Of a DNA stretch of 64,000 nt, positions 13,435 to 25,324 are shown piece by piece. The notes beneath the pieces are model-generated. The model did not search any database, was not told the origin of the DNA, and saw nothing but the letters and a program-made list of their open reading frames with translations. Position numbers and translations under genes: made by a program. Source of the DNA: Octopus sinensis (Eukaryota); assembly GCF_006345805.1 (NCBI RefSeq), contig NC_043011.1, forward strand, positions 36,902,464-36,966,463, given 5' to 3'. Position 1 is the stretch's first letter; every line of letters begins with the position of its first letter.

Positions 13435-13592
13435 CAGTATTAATAAAATAGGAGATGGTATGTGTAATATATTTTATTGGGTACAACGTATGTTTCGACC
13501 CGTTCTGTGTCTCTTCAGGTAGATTAATAAAAGTCACATTGGAGATTTCTTGAGTCAGCTTACACATTCCATCTCCTATGTTATTAATACTG
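13435..13592. mobile_element. 158-bp element with 33-bp TIRs enclosing a hammerhead fold
   Basis: CAGTATTAATAAAATAGGAGATGGTATGTGTAA (13435-13467) vs reverse complement of 13560-13592: 31/33 identical. Confidence 0.85.
13472..13532 (-). ncRNA. Type I hammerhead ribozyme (predicted)
   Basis: UUUUAUU-AAUC-UAC / CUGAAGA / GAC-9nt-GUC / GAAA / C-AUAC-G-U-U / GUA-CCC-AAUAAAA. All core residues are present; predicted cut between 13485 and 13484. Confidence 0.72.
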
Positions 13593-14095
13593 TTACCCCA
13601 ACCGCCACTACGAAGTTCTTGCAGTAAATCTATGTATCACAACAGGTTATCGAAACTGTGCGGGTGCTTTACTAATCATCTATTTATACATTTTGTACAA
13701 TTTCCCCATTATATATACCCTAATACATGTATGTATGTATGTATGTATGTATGTATGTATGTATGTATGTATGTATGTATGTATGTATGTATGTATGTAT
13801 GTATGTATGTATATATATATATATATTATATATATATTATTAGTTAACAGTATGAAAAACATTTTATACTGCATAAAACAAGAAGAGGGCTATCTCATCT
13901 AGTTTCCATAGCTCTCCTAAGCAAGAATCTTGAATATTTCCGATGTAATTGAGGCAAACTAATTACTAGTGTGAATGAAAATTTCGATTGGTATAGTAAC
14001 TCCTCTGAAATTTACCTTGTCCTCATTTGGCGTCTGTTGTTTGTATCTATCTATCTATCTATCTATCTATATATATCTATCTTCTATCTATTATA

Positions 14096-14129
<34 letters not shown>

Positions 14130-15037
14130 ATCTATCTATCTATCTATCGATCTATCTATCTATCATCTATTTTTTATTACATTCTATCTATATGTCTATC
14201 TCCCTATCTATATATCTAACAATCTATCTATATATCTATGCACATGTCTGTCTGTCTGTCAATCTATATATGTATATATTTATCTCCATACATACAGATA
14301 TATACACACGTACATGCAGCCACTCTCTCTCTCTCTCTCTCCCTCTCTCTCTCTCTCTCTCACACCCACTTACACACTCATAATGATAATGCAAGATAGA
14401 TGAAGCTATTTGGCATCACGGTGGACAATAAACGAGGTTTTAATTAGAATCACAATATTCATTCAGTTATAAATAACCACACAATACCTTCATTAATCAT
14501 TTGAATCAATTGCTGATTATCTTCGTAATTAGATCCCTGATTAACGTATTTATTGCCATACCTGGATTAAGAGAATTAATTTGTTTCGGTTGAAGTTCTC
14601 TGCTATTTAAATGAGAATATCTCCCAATCCAATACCTTCTAATTTTAGTATTCCATCATTCCAGTGTTCCGACATTCTAACTAAGCGCTCTTCGTATTCC
14701 TCTCCGTGTAAAGGTATGCTACTCTGTGTGTGTGTATGTCTTCCTTCTACGTAAATGTAAATTTGATTGCTTGTATTTATGTTTGTATATCGATAATGTT
14801 TATCTTCAGACGAAACTTGGAGAGAAAACGATGTATCAAAGAAATCGCGATAATGACCATCATATCTTCCTTTCTTCGATAATCTCTCCAGGATCTTGTC
14901 ACCTAATGATTTCCGCTCTTTGAAGACAATTGTATGAGAATATCTGAGACAAATTTGACCTGCTGCTTATAAGCAAATATTCTTCCAAACAGACACACAT
15001 ACATATGTATGTATATTTATGTAGATGTTGGTTTACA

Positions 15038-15106
<69 letters not shown>

Positions 15107-15164
15107 CCATGTATATCGATGAATATTTTGGCTGTGTATATGTGTGTATGTGTATATATATATA

Positions 15165-15975
15165 TGATGCATGTTGGAAGAAAGTCCACACTAAAACAGC
15201 TATACTCTCTTCCTTCAGGGGAACCGCTCTCAACCTCTAACAATGTCAGAGACCTGGGCGTAATTGTTGATGACTATCTCAGTTGGAGTGCCCACATCAA
15301 CAATAAGGTCGATATACCTCGTAGGTGAGTTCCTGGATCTTAAGAACCTTCCGGTCCAGAGAACAAGGTGTCATCATACCACTATTCTCCTCCTTTATAC
15401 GGCCACACCTCGAACACTGCTGCCCACTGTGGTCTCACCATACAAGACAAAACATCTCGAGGATTGAATCACCTCAGAGGGCACTCACTAAACGAATTGA
15501 AGGCATGACTTATTGGGACCGCCTTAAAGTCTTGAAACTCTACTCTCTCCAGCGCCGCCGCGAACTGCATATCATTTGTACGATGTGGAGAATATACCGC
15601 CAACTTTTCCCAAACGACCTGCATATTAGTTTCAAGGTTGGCCCGTGGTCCCAGCTTTGGGACCACGGGCCATACGTCCTCTGCCCAATTCAGGATCACA
15701 GCATATAGGTACACTGCAACATAATTTCTTTTCTTCAACAGGCCCTGCCCTGTTTAACATTGTCCCGAAAGAAATCAAAGAGTATAAGGATCCCATCGCC
15801 TCTAAACGGTGTCTGGACCAGATTTCTTCAAGGAATACTGGATAAGCCACCCATAATTGGATACAACTCACCCAACAAGAACTCACTACAGAATTTAGAT
15901 AATCCTATCAGGTGGTGCTATTAAGCTTGACGTGGCCTGGACCAATCTTTGGTCGAAACTTATCTAAATTTATCT
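15165..15975 (+). pseudogene. CR1/L2-type LINE 3' end (RT C-terminus and tail)
   Basis: VRDLGVIVDDYLSWSAHI, SSFIRPHLEHCCPLWS, IESPQRALTK, YWDRLKVLKLYSLQRRRE, GPALFNIVPKEIK across frameshifts. Confidence 0.9.
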
Positions 15976-16319
15976 AAGTGATATAATATTATATATATAT
16001 ATATATATTAATATCTTAATATATATATAAGGTATTTTTAATTGGGGGCCCTTGATAGAATTTTTTCGAAAATTCTATCTATATAGATCTTAATGGTATG
16101 TATATTATATATAATATATATATATATATATGAGTGCATATATCTATGTGTATGTATTGATGTGTGTATCGATATTATTTATGAATAAGCATATATATGT
16201 GTGTGTGTGTATCGATATATAAATTCACGTATGTGTATACATGCGCTGCGCTTATGTGTTTGTATAGATCTTGCATAATTAGACAAATACACGCATAGCA
16301 TGTGGATGTATGCAAGCAC

Positions 16320-16352
<33 letters not shown>

Positions 16353-16715
16353 GCACACATACTTTATGAACGTTTCCATCACCGTCATCGTTATTAATAC
16401 TATCACTATGACCTCCCTCCTCATGATCATCTCCTACTTTACAACAACAATATGAACGATCGTCAGACACGACGAGCAATGTCGCCATCATTCATGAAGA
16501 TCTAGAATATTTCCTCCATGTTTGAATAAGTCAGGAATTGTTTGTCCTTTGTGGATTTGTTTCATTAACAAATGTATATATTACTGATGAATACTTTTGT
16601 TACTAACAAGACATGTGCTTTTCAGTGACTTTACAAATAATTCGATTATATCGTAGTCGTGTTAATTTGGACCTACCTATTCTCTACACGTTTTTACATA
16701 TGCAGTAAAACGATT

Positions 16716-16815
16716 NNNNNNNNNNNNNNNNNNNNNNNNNNNNNNNNNNNNNNNNNNNNNNNNNNNNNNNNNNNNNNNNNNNNNNNNNNNNNNNNNNNNN
16801 NNNNNNNNNNNNNNN
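16716..16815. other. Assembly gap (100 N)
   Basis: Run of N. Confidence 1.
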
Positions 16816-17234
16816 TTGTTGTTGTTGTTGTTGATATATAGTTGTTGTTGATATATAGTTGTTGTTGATATATAGTTGTTGTTGATGGTGGTAGTGATAC
16901 TTGTAGTTACGATGACAACTTGGAGACTGATGCTGAGTTTAGTGCTGTTGGTGGTGATAATGATGATGATGGAACTGTGCTGATAAAGGTATCATGGGTG
17001 CAGCTGCCGATAGTGCCAGTGACGGAGATGATGATGACGACGATAATGTCAATGATGATGATGATGATGATGAAGATGATGATGATGATGATGATGACGA
17101 TGATGATGATGATGATGATAATGACGGCTGTGTTATTGGTGAGAGTCAAGAGGCTGAAGATGTTCATGTAGGCGATGGTGATGGTGATGATGCTGATGCT
17201 GGTACTAACGACGAAGAGGAAAATGTCGCGAATA

Positions 17235-17622
17235 GGCGCAGGAGTGGCTGTGTGGTAAGTAGCTTGGTTACCAACCACTTGGTTCCAGGTTCAATCCCAC
17301 TGCGTGGCACCTTGTAGCAGTGTTCTCAACTATAGCCTCGGGCCGACCAAGGCCTTGTGGCTGGATTTGGTAGAGGAAAACTGAAAGAAGCCCGTCGTAT
17401 ATATATATGTATATATGTGTGTGTGTGTTTGTGTGTCTGTGTTTATCCCCACCATTGCTTGACAACCGATGTTGTTGTGTTCACGTTCTCGCAACATAGC
17501 GGTTCGATAGAGACCGATAGAATAAGTACTAGGCTTTCAAAGAATAAGTACAGCCGTCAATTGCTCGACTAAAGGCGGTGCTCCAGCATGGCCGCAGTCA
17601 AATGACTGAAACAAATAAAAGA
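17235..17622 (+). mobile_element. SINE family A, full length
   Basis: GGCGCAGGAGTGGCTGTGTGGTAAG head, GGTTCAATCCC B-box, internal (TA)(TG) tract, tail CGACTAAAGGCGGTGCTCCAGCATGGCCGCAGTCAAATGACTGAAAC. Confidence 0.92.
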
Positions 17623-17894
17623 AAAAATTACTGAACATTTTACTACATACACAAGTCTCGATGCTACCACTGCTTACATCCATCTTACATTGCTAAAGAG
17701 ATTATATGATATCTATATCATATCTATATAATATTTATTATGAGCACAAGAGAAAAGTCTTATTTGATATACTTAACAGCCCGATATCTCCTAACGTATC
17801 TTTAACTGAAGAAGTATAGAAATGTCTTGTATATAGATGTATCGTATGCTTGCAATAGATACAAGGACACGTTTCTTCTCTATGGTAATTTACC

Positions 17895-18282
17895 GGTAGC
17901 TTCTCAACCATATGTTTCTCGTTTCAGTCGCATTGCGTGGCACCTAGGGTAAGTGTTTTCTACTATAGCCTCGCGCCGACCAAAGCCTTGTGAGTAGATT
18001 TGGTAGACGGAAACTGAAAGAAGCCCGTCGTATACATGTATATAAATATATATGTGTGTGTGTGTGTATGTGTTTGCGTGTCTGTGTTTGTCCCCCACCA
18101 TCGCTTGACAACGGATGTTGGTGTGTTCACGTACCCGTAACTTAGCGGTTCGACAAAAGAGACCTATAGAATAAAGTACTAGTTACCCACAGAATAAGTC
18201 CTGGGGCGATTTGCTCGACTAAAGGCGGTGCTCCAGCATGGCCGCAGTCAAATGACTGAAACAAGTAAAAGAGTAAAAGAGT
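17895..18282 (+). mobile_element. SINE family A, 5'-truncated
   Basis: Collinear with 17235-17622; ends in AAGTAAAAGAGTAAAAGAGT. Confidence 0.9.
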
Positions 18283-18409
18283 AGTAATATACATCTGAAG
18301 ACACAAAATAGCGTTTGTTTTACGAGTTGTGTCTACAGGAGAGGGCGATGCCTTCGTAGGATCCCTTAGGCAGGTGCGACTCATGATATCAATATTCCTC
18401 CTCAAAGGG

Positions 18410-18640
18410 GGATAATTTAATGTCGGTGAGGTGGCAGAATCGTTAACATGCCGTGGAAACTGCTATGCAGCATTTTGTCAATCTCCATGATCTGAATTCA
18501 AATTCCGCTGAAGCCGACATTGCTTTCATTTTTTTCTGGGTCGATAAGAATGAGTACCAGTAGAGCACTGGGGTCGTTTAGGTCGAATTATATCGTCCTT
18601 AAACTTGCTGGCCTTGTGCCAAAATTTGAAACCGATATTG
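18410..18640 (+). mobile_element. SINE family B variant
   Basis: GTGAGGTGGCAGAATCGTTAAC head; AATTCAAATTCCGCTGAAGCCGAC core. Confidence 0.75.
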
Positions 18641-18815
18641 CATCTTAAATATTGGAAGTAATCACCGGCAGGAAGGATAGATCAAAGGGAGCAATGATTT
18701 TGAAAAGGAAGATGAGGGTAGTATTTAAGATGAGTTTTGGGATGCGGACACAATTGGATGAATGAAGATTGAAAGGCGGAAGAACCAAAAATGCTTGAGT
18801 ACAGGTAGCGTAAAA

Positions 18816-19434
18816 TCAGCAGCAGATCAGTGCTCAAGTGGTACTTGTTTTATCGACGCCGGAGTGATAAGAAGCAATGTTGACCTCGGCGGAATTTGAA
18901 CTCTGGTGTGCTAACGACTCTGCCATTTGCCAGCAAGTTTAGGGACGATATAATTCGACCTAAACGAACCCAGTGCTCTACTGGAACTTATTCTTATCGA
19001 CCCAGAAAAAATGAAAGCAATGTCGGCTTCAGCGGAAACCAGTAAAAGTCCTTGAAAAGGAAGAGGCTGATAATGGCTTTCATGTGGGCCACGGCCGGAG
19101 TGTAACTAGGATATACTTTAGGCATGTCAATTAAGTACTCTAAGATTGGATGTGGTTTAAGATAGAACCGTATTAAGATATTTGTGTGAAGTACAGCGCT
19201 AACGTTCTTGAATGAAGAGGAAATACTACAGATGTGGGCTATACCCGAGCAAATATTTTGGGCCTCTGTAGAGAAGGATCTCTGCTGCGTCACAACTATG
19301 TTAATGATTGGCTTTTATTCAGCAGCAGATCAGTGCCCAAGTGGTACTTGTTTTATCGACGCCGGAGTGATAAAAGGCAATGTTGACCTCGGCGGAATTT
19401 GAACTCTGATGTGCTAACGATTCTGCCATTTACC
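18816..19434 (-). repeat. Locally duplicated and inverted SINE B fragments
   Basis: 18816-18931 is repeated at 19319-19434; 18929-19037 is the reverse complement of 18503-18612. Confidence 0.85.
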
Positions 19435-19878
19435 TGGTATTGTTAAGCCTCATTTGTGAAGGAATATTAATAGAAATACCGAGGCAAAAATTTCAACGAT
19501 TTTAAGGATATATATATTTATATCTATGTATATATGTGCGTGTATGTGTATGTGTGTGTATGGATATTTACACGTGTATATGTATATAATTACGTATCTA
19601 TAAATGTTTAAACAGACATTTTCTGCAATATATTTTGATTGGGTGCCATTGTGTTTTATTCTTTGTTTTCCATATTCATTTTCAAATAACTCCACGCAGA
19701 TCAATATAGCATCTTATACTTCAGGCAAGTCAATCCCAGTCTTCCGTCATAGACGTGTTGCAACAAAATAAAACGTTTTACCCGTGTCTTTCATTATTTT
19801 CGTCATGTAAAATTCAAATATAATATACACAATACATGCAACACACACTCACAATCACACACACACACACCCACACAC

Positions 19879-19924
<46 letters not shown>

Positions 19925-20023
19925 AATATATATATATGTATATGTATATTATTTATTCTATGTATATGTACATATATATATATGTATATACATATGCATA
20001 ATAATATAATGTCTATATATATA

Positions 20024-20069
<46 letters not shown>

Positions 20070-20478
20070 ATATAGATATATATTTATATTATATATGTTC
20101 ATATACATATTATATATACGTGTGTGCATCAATACATATATATATATATATATGTGTGTGCGTTTCTATTTATCTGAGAGCTATCACTTTACGTGGCCTG
20201 GAAAGTATTAAGTCTAACTGTGATGGAAATACCAGACATTTCCACGATATCCTCAAGTTTTATTTCAATTGTTTCATCCGTGTTTTTTTTCCATCACTCG
20301 TAATGACGTATTTTGTATACATTTTCTTTTTTTAACATGTCATCTTTTGTTATTCTGACAATGATCGAGAGAAGACGAAATGGTGTTTTGATATCTGTAT
20401 TGTATATGTGTAGGCGGCCGTGTCGTGCGTGCATGTATATATGCATATAGTGTGTGTGTGTGTGTATATATGTATATA

Positions 20479-20536
<58 letters not shown>

Positions 20537-21061
20537 TTATATATATATATATAATATAATATATATATATATATATATATGATAAACATAATATATATAT
20601 GAATATTATATATACACATACATATATATGTATTTATATATATATATATATTTAAACACATATATATATATATATAAATATATCTAACATAAATGTATAT
20701 GTGTGTATTTGTGTTCCCGAGCGCTTGTGTATGTGTGCCTGGACATGTATATCTGTTCAAATATGCATGACTGTATATATATAAATATATATATATATAT
20801 ATGTGTGTGTTTGTGCATATCTATATCTATCTATGTATCTATGTATGTATCTATCTATCTATTTGTATATTGTATATTATATAAAGAGAGAGAGAGATAT
20901 ATATACACACATATTGAAAATTATACTCATATGTGTATATATCTATCTACATATAGAGATAGATGTGCATACATATATATGTGTAGGTGTATATATATAT
21001 GTGTGTGTGTATGTATATATGTACATAAATATGCATACATATAAATGTGCATATATATATA

Positions 21062-21106
<45 letters not shown>

Positions 21107-21795
21107 ATACATACATATATATATTATATATTATATTCGTACATGCATGTATGTTTATGAACGTGTGTATGGGTGTGTATGCATAAATATATCTGTAGAC
21201 GTAAAAAAATTAGGAAAGATAAATTAAAAAATAGATGTCAATCTTGTAGACGGTTATTTTTTTTCACCATCATAGAAATACGTAAAGATATAAAAAGATG
21301 AATACAATTGAATAAAAAAGCAATAAATATTAAGACGTAGCAGAAACCATTTTGTAAGTCACACAATAGTGAAAGACTATATATAGAGAAATAAAAATTG
21401 TAGCAATTGTGAACTAAAATATTTTGCGTGTTTTCCATCGCTTCCGATGTTTTTGTCTCTTTGAATTGTCTGATCTCTGTATTATGACTCTGTATATATT
21501 CGTATATAATCTAAAATATAAACATAAACATAAAGCTTATAATGAAACCGGCTTAGATTTCCCTCCTGGTCTGTTGTGTAGTTATTAGTATATTTTGGTT
21601 ACATGGTTAGACGCACATTGACAAACAAACGAATGCAGACACACACACACACACAGGTTTTGCTAATCAAACTTAAATGCTGTGCGTTCAACTCGGCCTT
21701 CTATCACTTCCATACTCTTATGACTGCAGCCGGTTTAACACAGATGTGTGTGTATATATATATATATATAGACGGAATTTGAAAGTAGCCCGTCG

Positions 21796-21872
<77 letters not shown>

Positions 21873-22189
21873 AATGATATTGAACTCTAAAAGCATAAGA
21901 CACTACAAAGTATTGGTATACTTATTTATTAATTTTTATATATATGTATTATTATTTTTTGAAAAAAACATTGTAAATTTCTTGTTTCCCCTTCCTCAAT
22001 TTAAAAAAAAAAATTTCCCTTCCAAATCTTGAAAATGTGCCTTGCAAATTCATCGAGATGGAAGAATCGTTACCACGTTACCGCGTTGGACAAATTGCTT
22101 TGCGACAGGTAATCGACTTAACCCGCCACAGAAATTGCAGGCCTTGTAGCATGATTTTTTCTTGCATCGTTTCGGGGTCTATAAATTAA

Positions 22190-22835
22190 GTACCACTTGC
22201 ATACTGGGGTCGATCTAATCGACTGGCCCCCTCACCAAAAATTTCGAGTCTTGTGCCTAGAGTAGAAAAGAATATATTCGATACAGAGCTGGCAGAATCG
22301 TTAGCCCGCTGGGTGAAATGCTTTGCGGTATTTCGTCCGCCGCAGCGTTCTGAGTTCAAATTCCGCCGAGGTCGACTTTGCCTTTCATCCTTTCGGGGTC
22401 GATAAATTAAGTACCAGTTACGCACTGGGGCCGATGCAATCGACATAATCAGTTTGTCTACCCTTCTTTGTCCCGTCTGTGTTTAGCCCCTTGTGGGTAA
22501 TAAAGAAATAGATATTTCGTCTGCCGCTACGTTCTGAGTTCAAATTTCGCCGAGGTCAACTTTGTCTTTCATCCTTTCAGGTTCGATTAAATAAGTACCA
22601 GTTACGCACTGGGGTCTATATAATCGACTTAATCCGTTTGTCTGTCTTTGTTTGTCCTCTCTGTCTGTAGCCTCTTGTGGGTAGTAAAGAAATAGGTATT
22701 TTGTCTGTCATTACGTTGTGAGTTCAAATTCCGCCGAGGTCGATAAATTAAATACCAGTTGCGTACTGGGGGCAATGTAATCGACTGGCCCCTTCCCCCA
22801 AAATTTCGGTCCTTGTGCCTAGGGTTGAAAAGAAT
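22190..22835 (+). mobile_element. Tandem cluster of SINE family B units
   Basis: GAGTTCAAATT(C/T)CGCCGAGGTC recurs at ~22353, ~22536 and ~22720, each unit restarting after AAAGAAATAG. Confidence 0.88.
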
Positions 22836-22977
22836 ATAGTTTATACAACATGTAAATCGCAATGTATAAAATAATTCAAAATATTTAATAAAATTTAATC
22901 ACTTTTAAAGAGAATGAATACTAAAAAAATCACTTGAGAAAGAAATTGTAGCAAAGCGATGTCATCGCTGCATGTGC

Positions 22978-23179
22978 TAATACTACTACTACTACTACTA
23001 CTACCATTACTATCAACAATGAACAATTAATAGCTGTCACCCAACACAAATAACCAACACTTACCGTACACCATGAAATAAACAACATCGCCACCGCTAT
23101 TATACTATTACCATGACTACAAATAATCACCATCAACATCACCACCACCACCAACAACAACAACACCAACACCACCACC

Positions 23180-23219
<40 letters not shown>

Positions 23220-23237
23220 ATAATAATAATAATACTG

Positions 23238-23291
<54 letters not shown>

Positions 23292-23310
23292 GCACCACAA
23301 TTACCACCCC
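22978..23310. repeat. (ACT)n/(ACC)n/(AAT)n decayed trinucleotide region
   Basis: Directly visible. Confidence 0.9.
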
Positions 23311-23987
23311 CATTTACCTTTATCACCTTGCCTGATTTTTTCTACGTCTCTCTTTTTCCCCTCATATTTTCTCCGTCCATCTCGCATTTGTTAATGTTAA
23401 TGCTTCATTGGTTTCACTATTCCCCTCTCTGCCTAATCTTCGTCGTCTCTCTCATTCTGCCTCTGACACTTCCCGTTCACTTTTTTCTCTTTCAGTCTAT
23501 CTGAACGCATTACTGTTTTCCTTTCTCCCATCTCACTCAATTATTTCTTTATTCAATATTTCTCAACAGCGATGTCACCAACTCCACCACCTCCACCACA
23601 TCTTATTACAATAACTATAAACAGTATCTTTCATAGACCACTTGAGTTTCTTGTCCTAGCGTGACACAAACGGCTAGTAGGAAATGAGGCAGGCAAGTAG
23701 GTAGGTAGGTAGGAAAGTACTTTTGCACTTTTGAATTAACAGAAAAACACACACACACACACAGACATACACTCACAGACATACATTCTGTTTTAGTTAC
23801 TCGAGCGATATCTTTCTAAAGTCAAAATGATGACATCCCGTCGCTCATAACAGAGCAAGTAGTGAGGGATTGCATCCATCAATAACGAAACTATTATGAC
23901 CTCTGGTAAGGCAAATTTGCTCTAATAAAGGAAACATATAGAATAACCATTATTTATAACTTGTAGTGTATCACAGTTCCAGTATAT

Positions 23988-24175
23988 ACTCTTTTACTTG
24001 TTTCAGTCATTTGATTGCGTCCATGCTGGAGCACCGCCTTTAGTCGAGCAAATCTACCCCAGGACTTGTTATTTACTACCCACAAGTGGCTACACACAGA
24101 GGGGACAAACAAGGTCATAGACACGGATTAAGTCGATTATATCGACCACAGTGCGTAACTGGTACTTATTTAATA
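23988..24175 (-). mobile_element. SINE A tail fused to a SINE B fragment
   Basis: CTTTTACTTGTTTCAGTCATTTGA..GCTGGAGCACCGCC followed by GAGGGGACAAACAAGG..AAGTCGATTATATCGACC. Confidence 0.8.
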
Positions 24176-24265
24176 TGAAATGATATGATATAATATAATA
24201 CAATAGAATAGAATATAATATAATGTGATATATATGTGTGTTTGTGTGTGTGCGTGTGTGAAGGC

Positions 24266-24603
24266 GGGGTCGATGTAATCGACTGGCCCCCTCACCAAAA
24301 ATTTCGAGTCTTGTGCCTAGAGTAGAAAAGAATATATTGTATACAGAGCTGACATAATCGTTAGCACGCTGTGTGAAATGCTCTTTCGGTATTTCGTCCG
24401 CCGCTGCGTTCTGAGTTCAAATTCCGCCGAGGTCGACTTTGTCTTTCATCCTTTCGGGGTTGATAAATAAGTACCAGTTACGCACTGGGGTCGATATAAT
24501 CGACTTAAACCGTTTGTCTGTCCTTGTTTGTCCCTTCTGTGTGTAGCCTCTTGTGAGCAGTAAAGAAATAGGTATTTCGTCTGCCGTTACGTTCTGAGTT
24601 CAA
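24266..24603 (+). mobile_element. SINE B composite, paralog of 22206-22543
   Basis: Collinear at offset 2060, including the junction AGTAGAAAAGAATATATT..ATACAGAGCTG. Confidence 0.85.
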
Positions 24604-24767
24604 CTTTCACTATAGCCCAAACCCGACCAATGAGGTGTGAGTGAAGTTGTTAAGCGAAAACTGTGAGGAAGCCCGTCTTATCGCTTTCTGCCCCCTCTCT
24701 CTCTCTATATATATATGTATATATATATATATATAGAGAGAGAGAGATTTATATGTCTATCTATCTA

Positions 24768-25050
24768 TATACATATTCTACAATTATAAACATAATTATA
24801 ATCAGGGGTCAGCTAATTGCTTCGCCATGCACCGAATTTAGAAATAGGAGATAAATGCCTTTTCTACTAACATAATGTTCTCCCACACAGTAACACACTT
24901 TTTTACATAGGCAAAAAGTGCTTTACTATCTTGGAGATCTTTATGGTAGTAGGAAAGGCATTTAACTCCTATTTCTAAATTCGGTGCGTGGCGAAGCAAT
25001 TAGCTGCCGCTTGATTATAATTATGTTTATAATTGTAGAATATTTGTATA
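24768..25050. mobile_element. MITE-like foldback with ~107-bp inverted arms
   Basis: 24768-24874 vs reverse complement of 24942-25050 (ATTCTACAATTATAAACATAATTATAATCA...CAGCTAATTGCTTCGCCA..CACCGAATTTAGAAATAGGAG). Confidence 0.88.
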
Positions 25051-25324
25051 TTTAAGTTTAATTTGTCAAAATATTTTCGTCGCTATAAGTCCGCGACCTG
25101 TTCACTGACAAAAATTCGTGTGGCAGCACGGCTTTTTGTCAGTGAAAAGGTCGCGGTCTTATAGTGACGAAAATATTTTGACAAATTAAACTTAAATGTT
25201 TAAGTGAATCGGACGGCTTTTGTGTGTTTCTTAAATGGCTTACAAACACCTTCCACGCTGCAATTGTTTTCGTTCCAGCACACGATCTCAGATCAAATCA
25301 CTTGCTACGCAAGTCCATCTCCGT
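25051..25324 (+). mobile_element. Penelope-LTR/retrozyme-like element: inverted partial copy plus direct copy, with 12-bp flanking direct repeat
   Basis: Palindrome 25050-25197; AATATTTGTATA at 25039-25050 and 25325-25336; same family as 57465-57811. Confidence 0.8.
25062..25112 (-). ncRNA. Minimal type I hammerhead with G3-C8 core (predicted)
   Basis: UUUGUCA / GUGAACA-G / GUCGC-GGACUUAUA-GCGAC / GAAA / AUAUUU / UGACAAA: 7-bp helix I, 5-bp helix II, palindromic helix III region. Confidence 0.7.

Noticed and set aside
14630-14715. Minus-strand frame LHGEEYEERLVRMSEHWNDGILKLEGIGLGDILI as a host exon
   Set aside because: YEERL...GD.I matches the CR1/L2 RT C-terminal pattern, so it is more likely an old LINE remnant.
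16994-17317. Acidic Asp-rich ORF (MGAAADSASDGDDDD...)
   Set aside because: It is a decayed (GAT)n tract beside a gap and runs into a SINE head; no splice or homology support.
22280-22835. Regularly recurring repeats suggesting a CRISPR array
   Set aside because: The units are long SINE copies without unique spacers, in a eukaryotic context with no cas genes.
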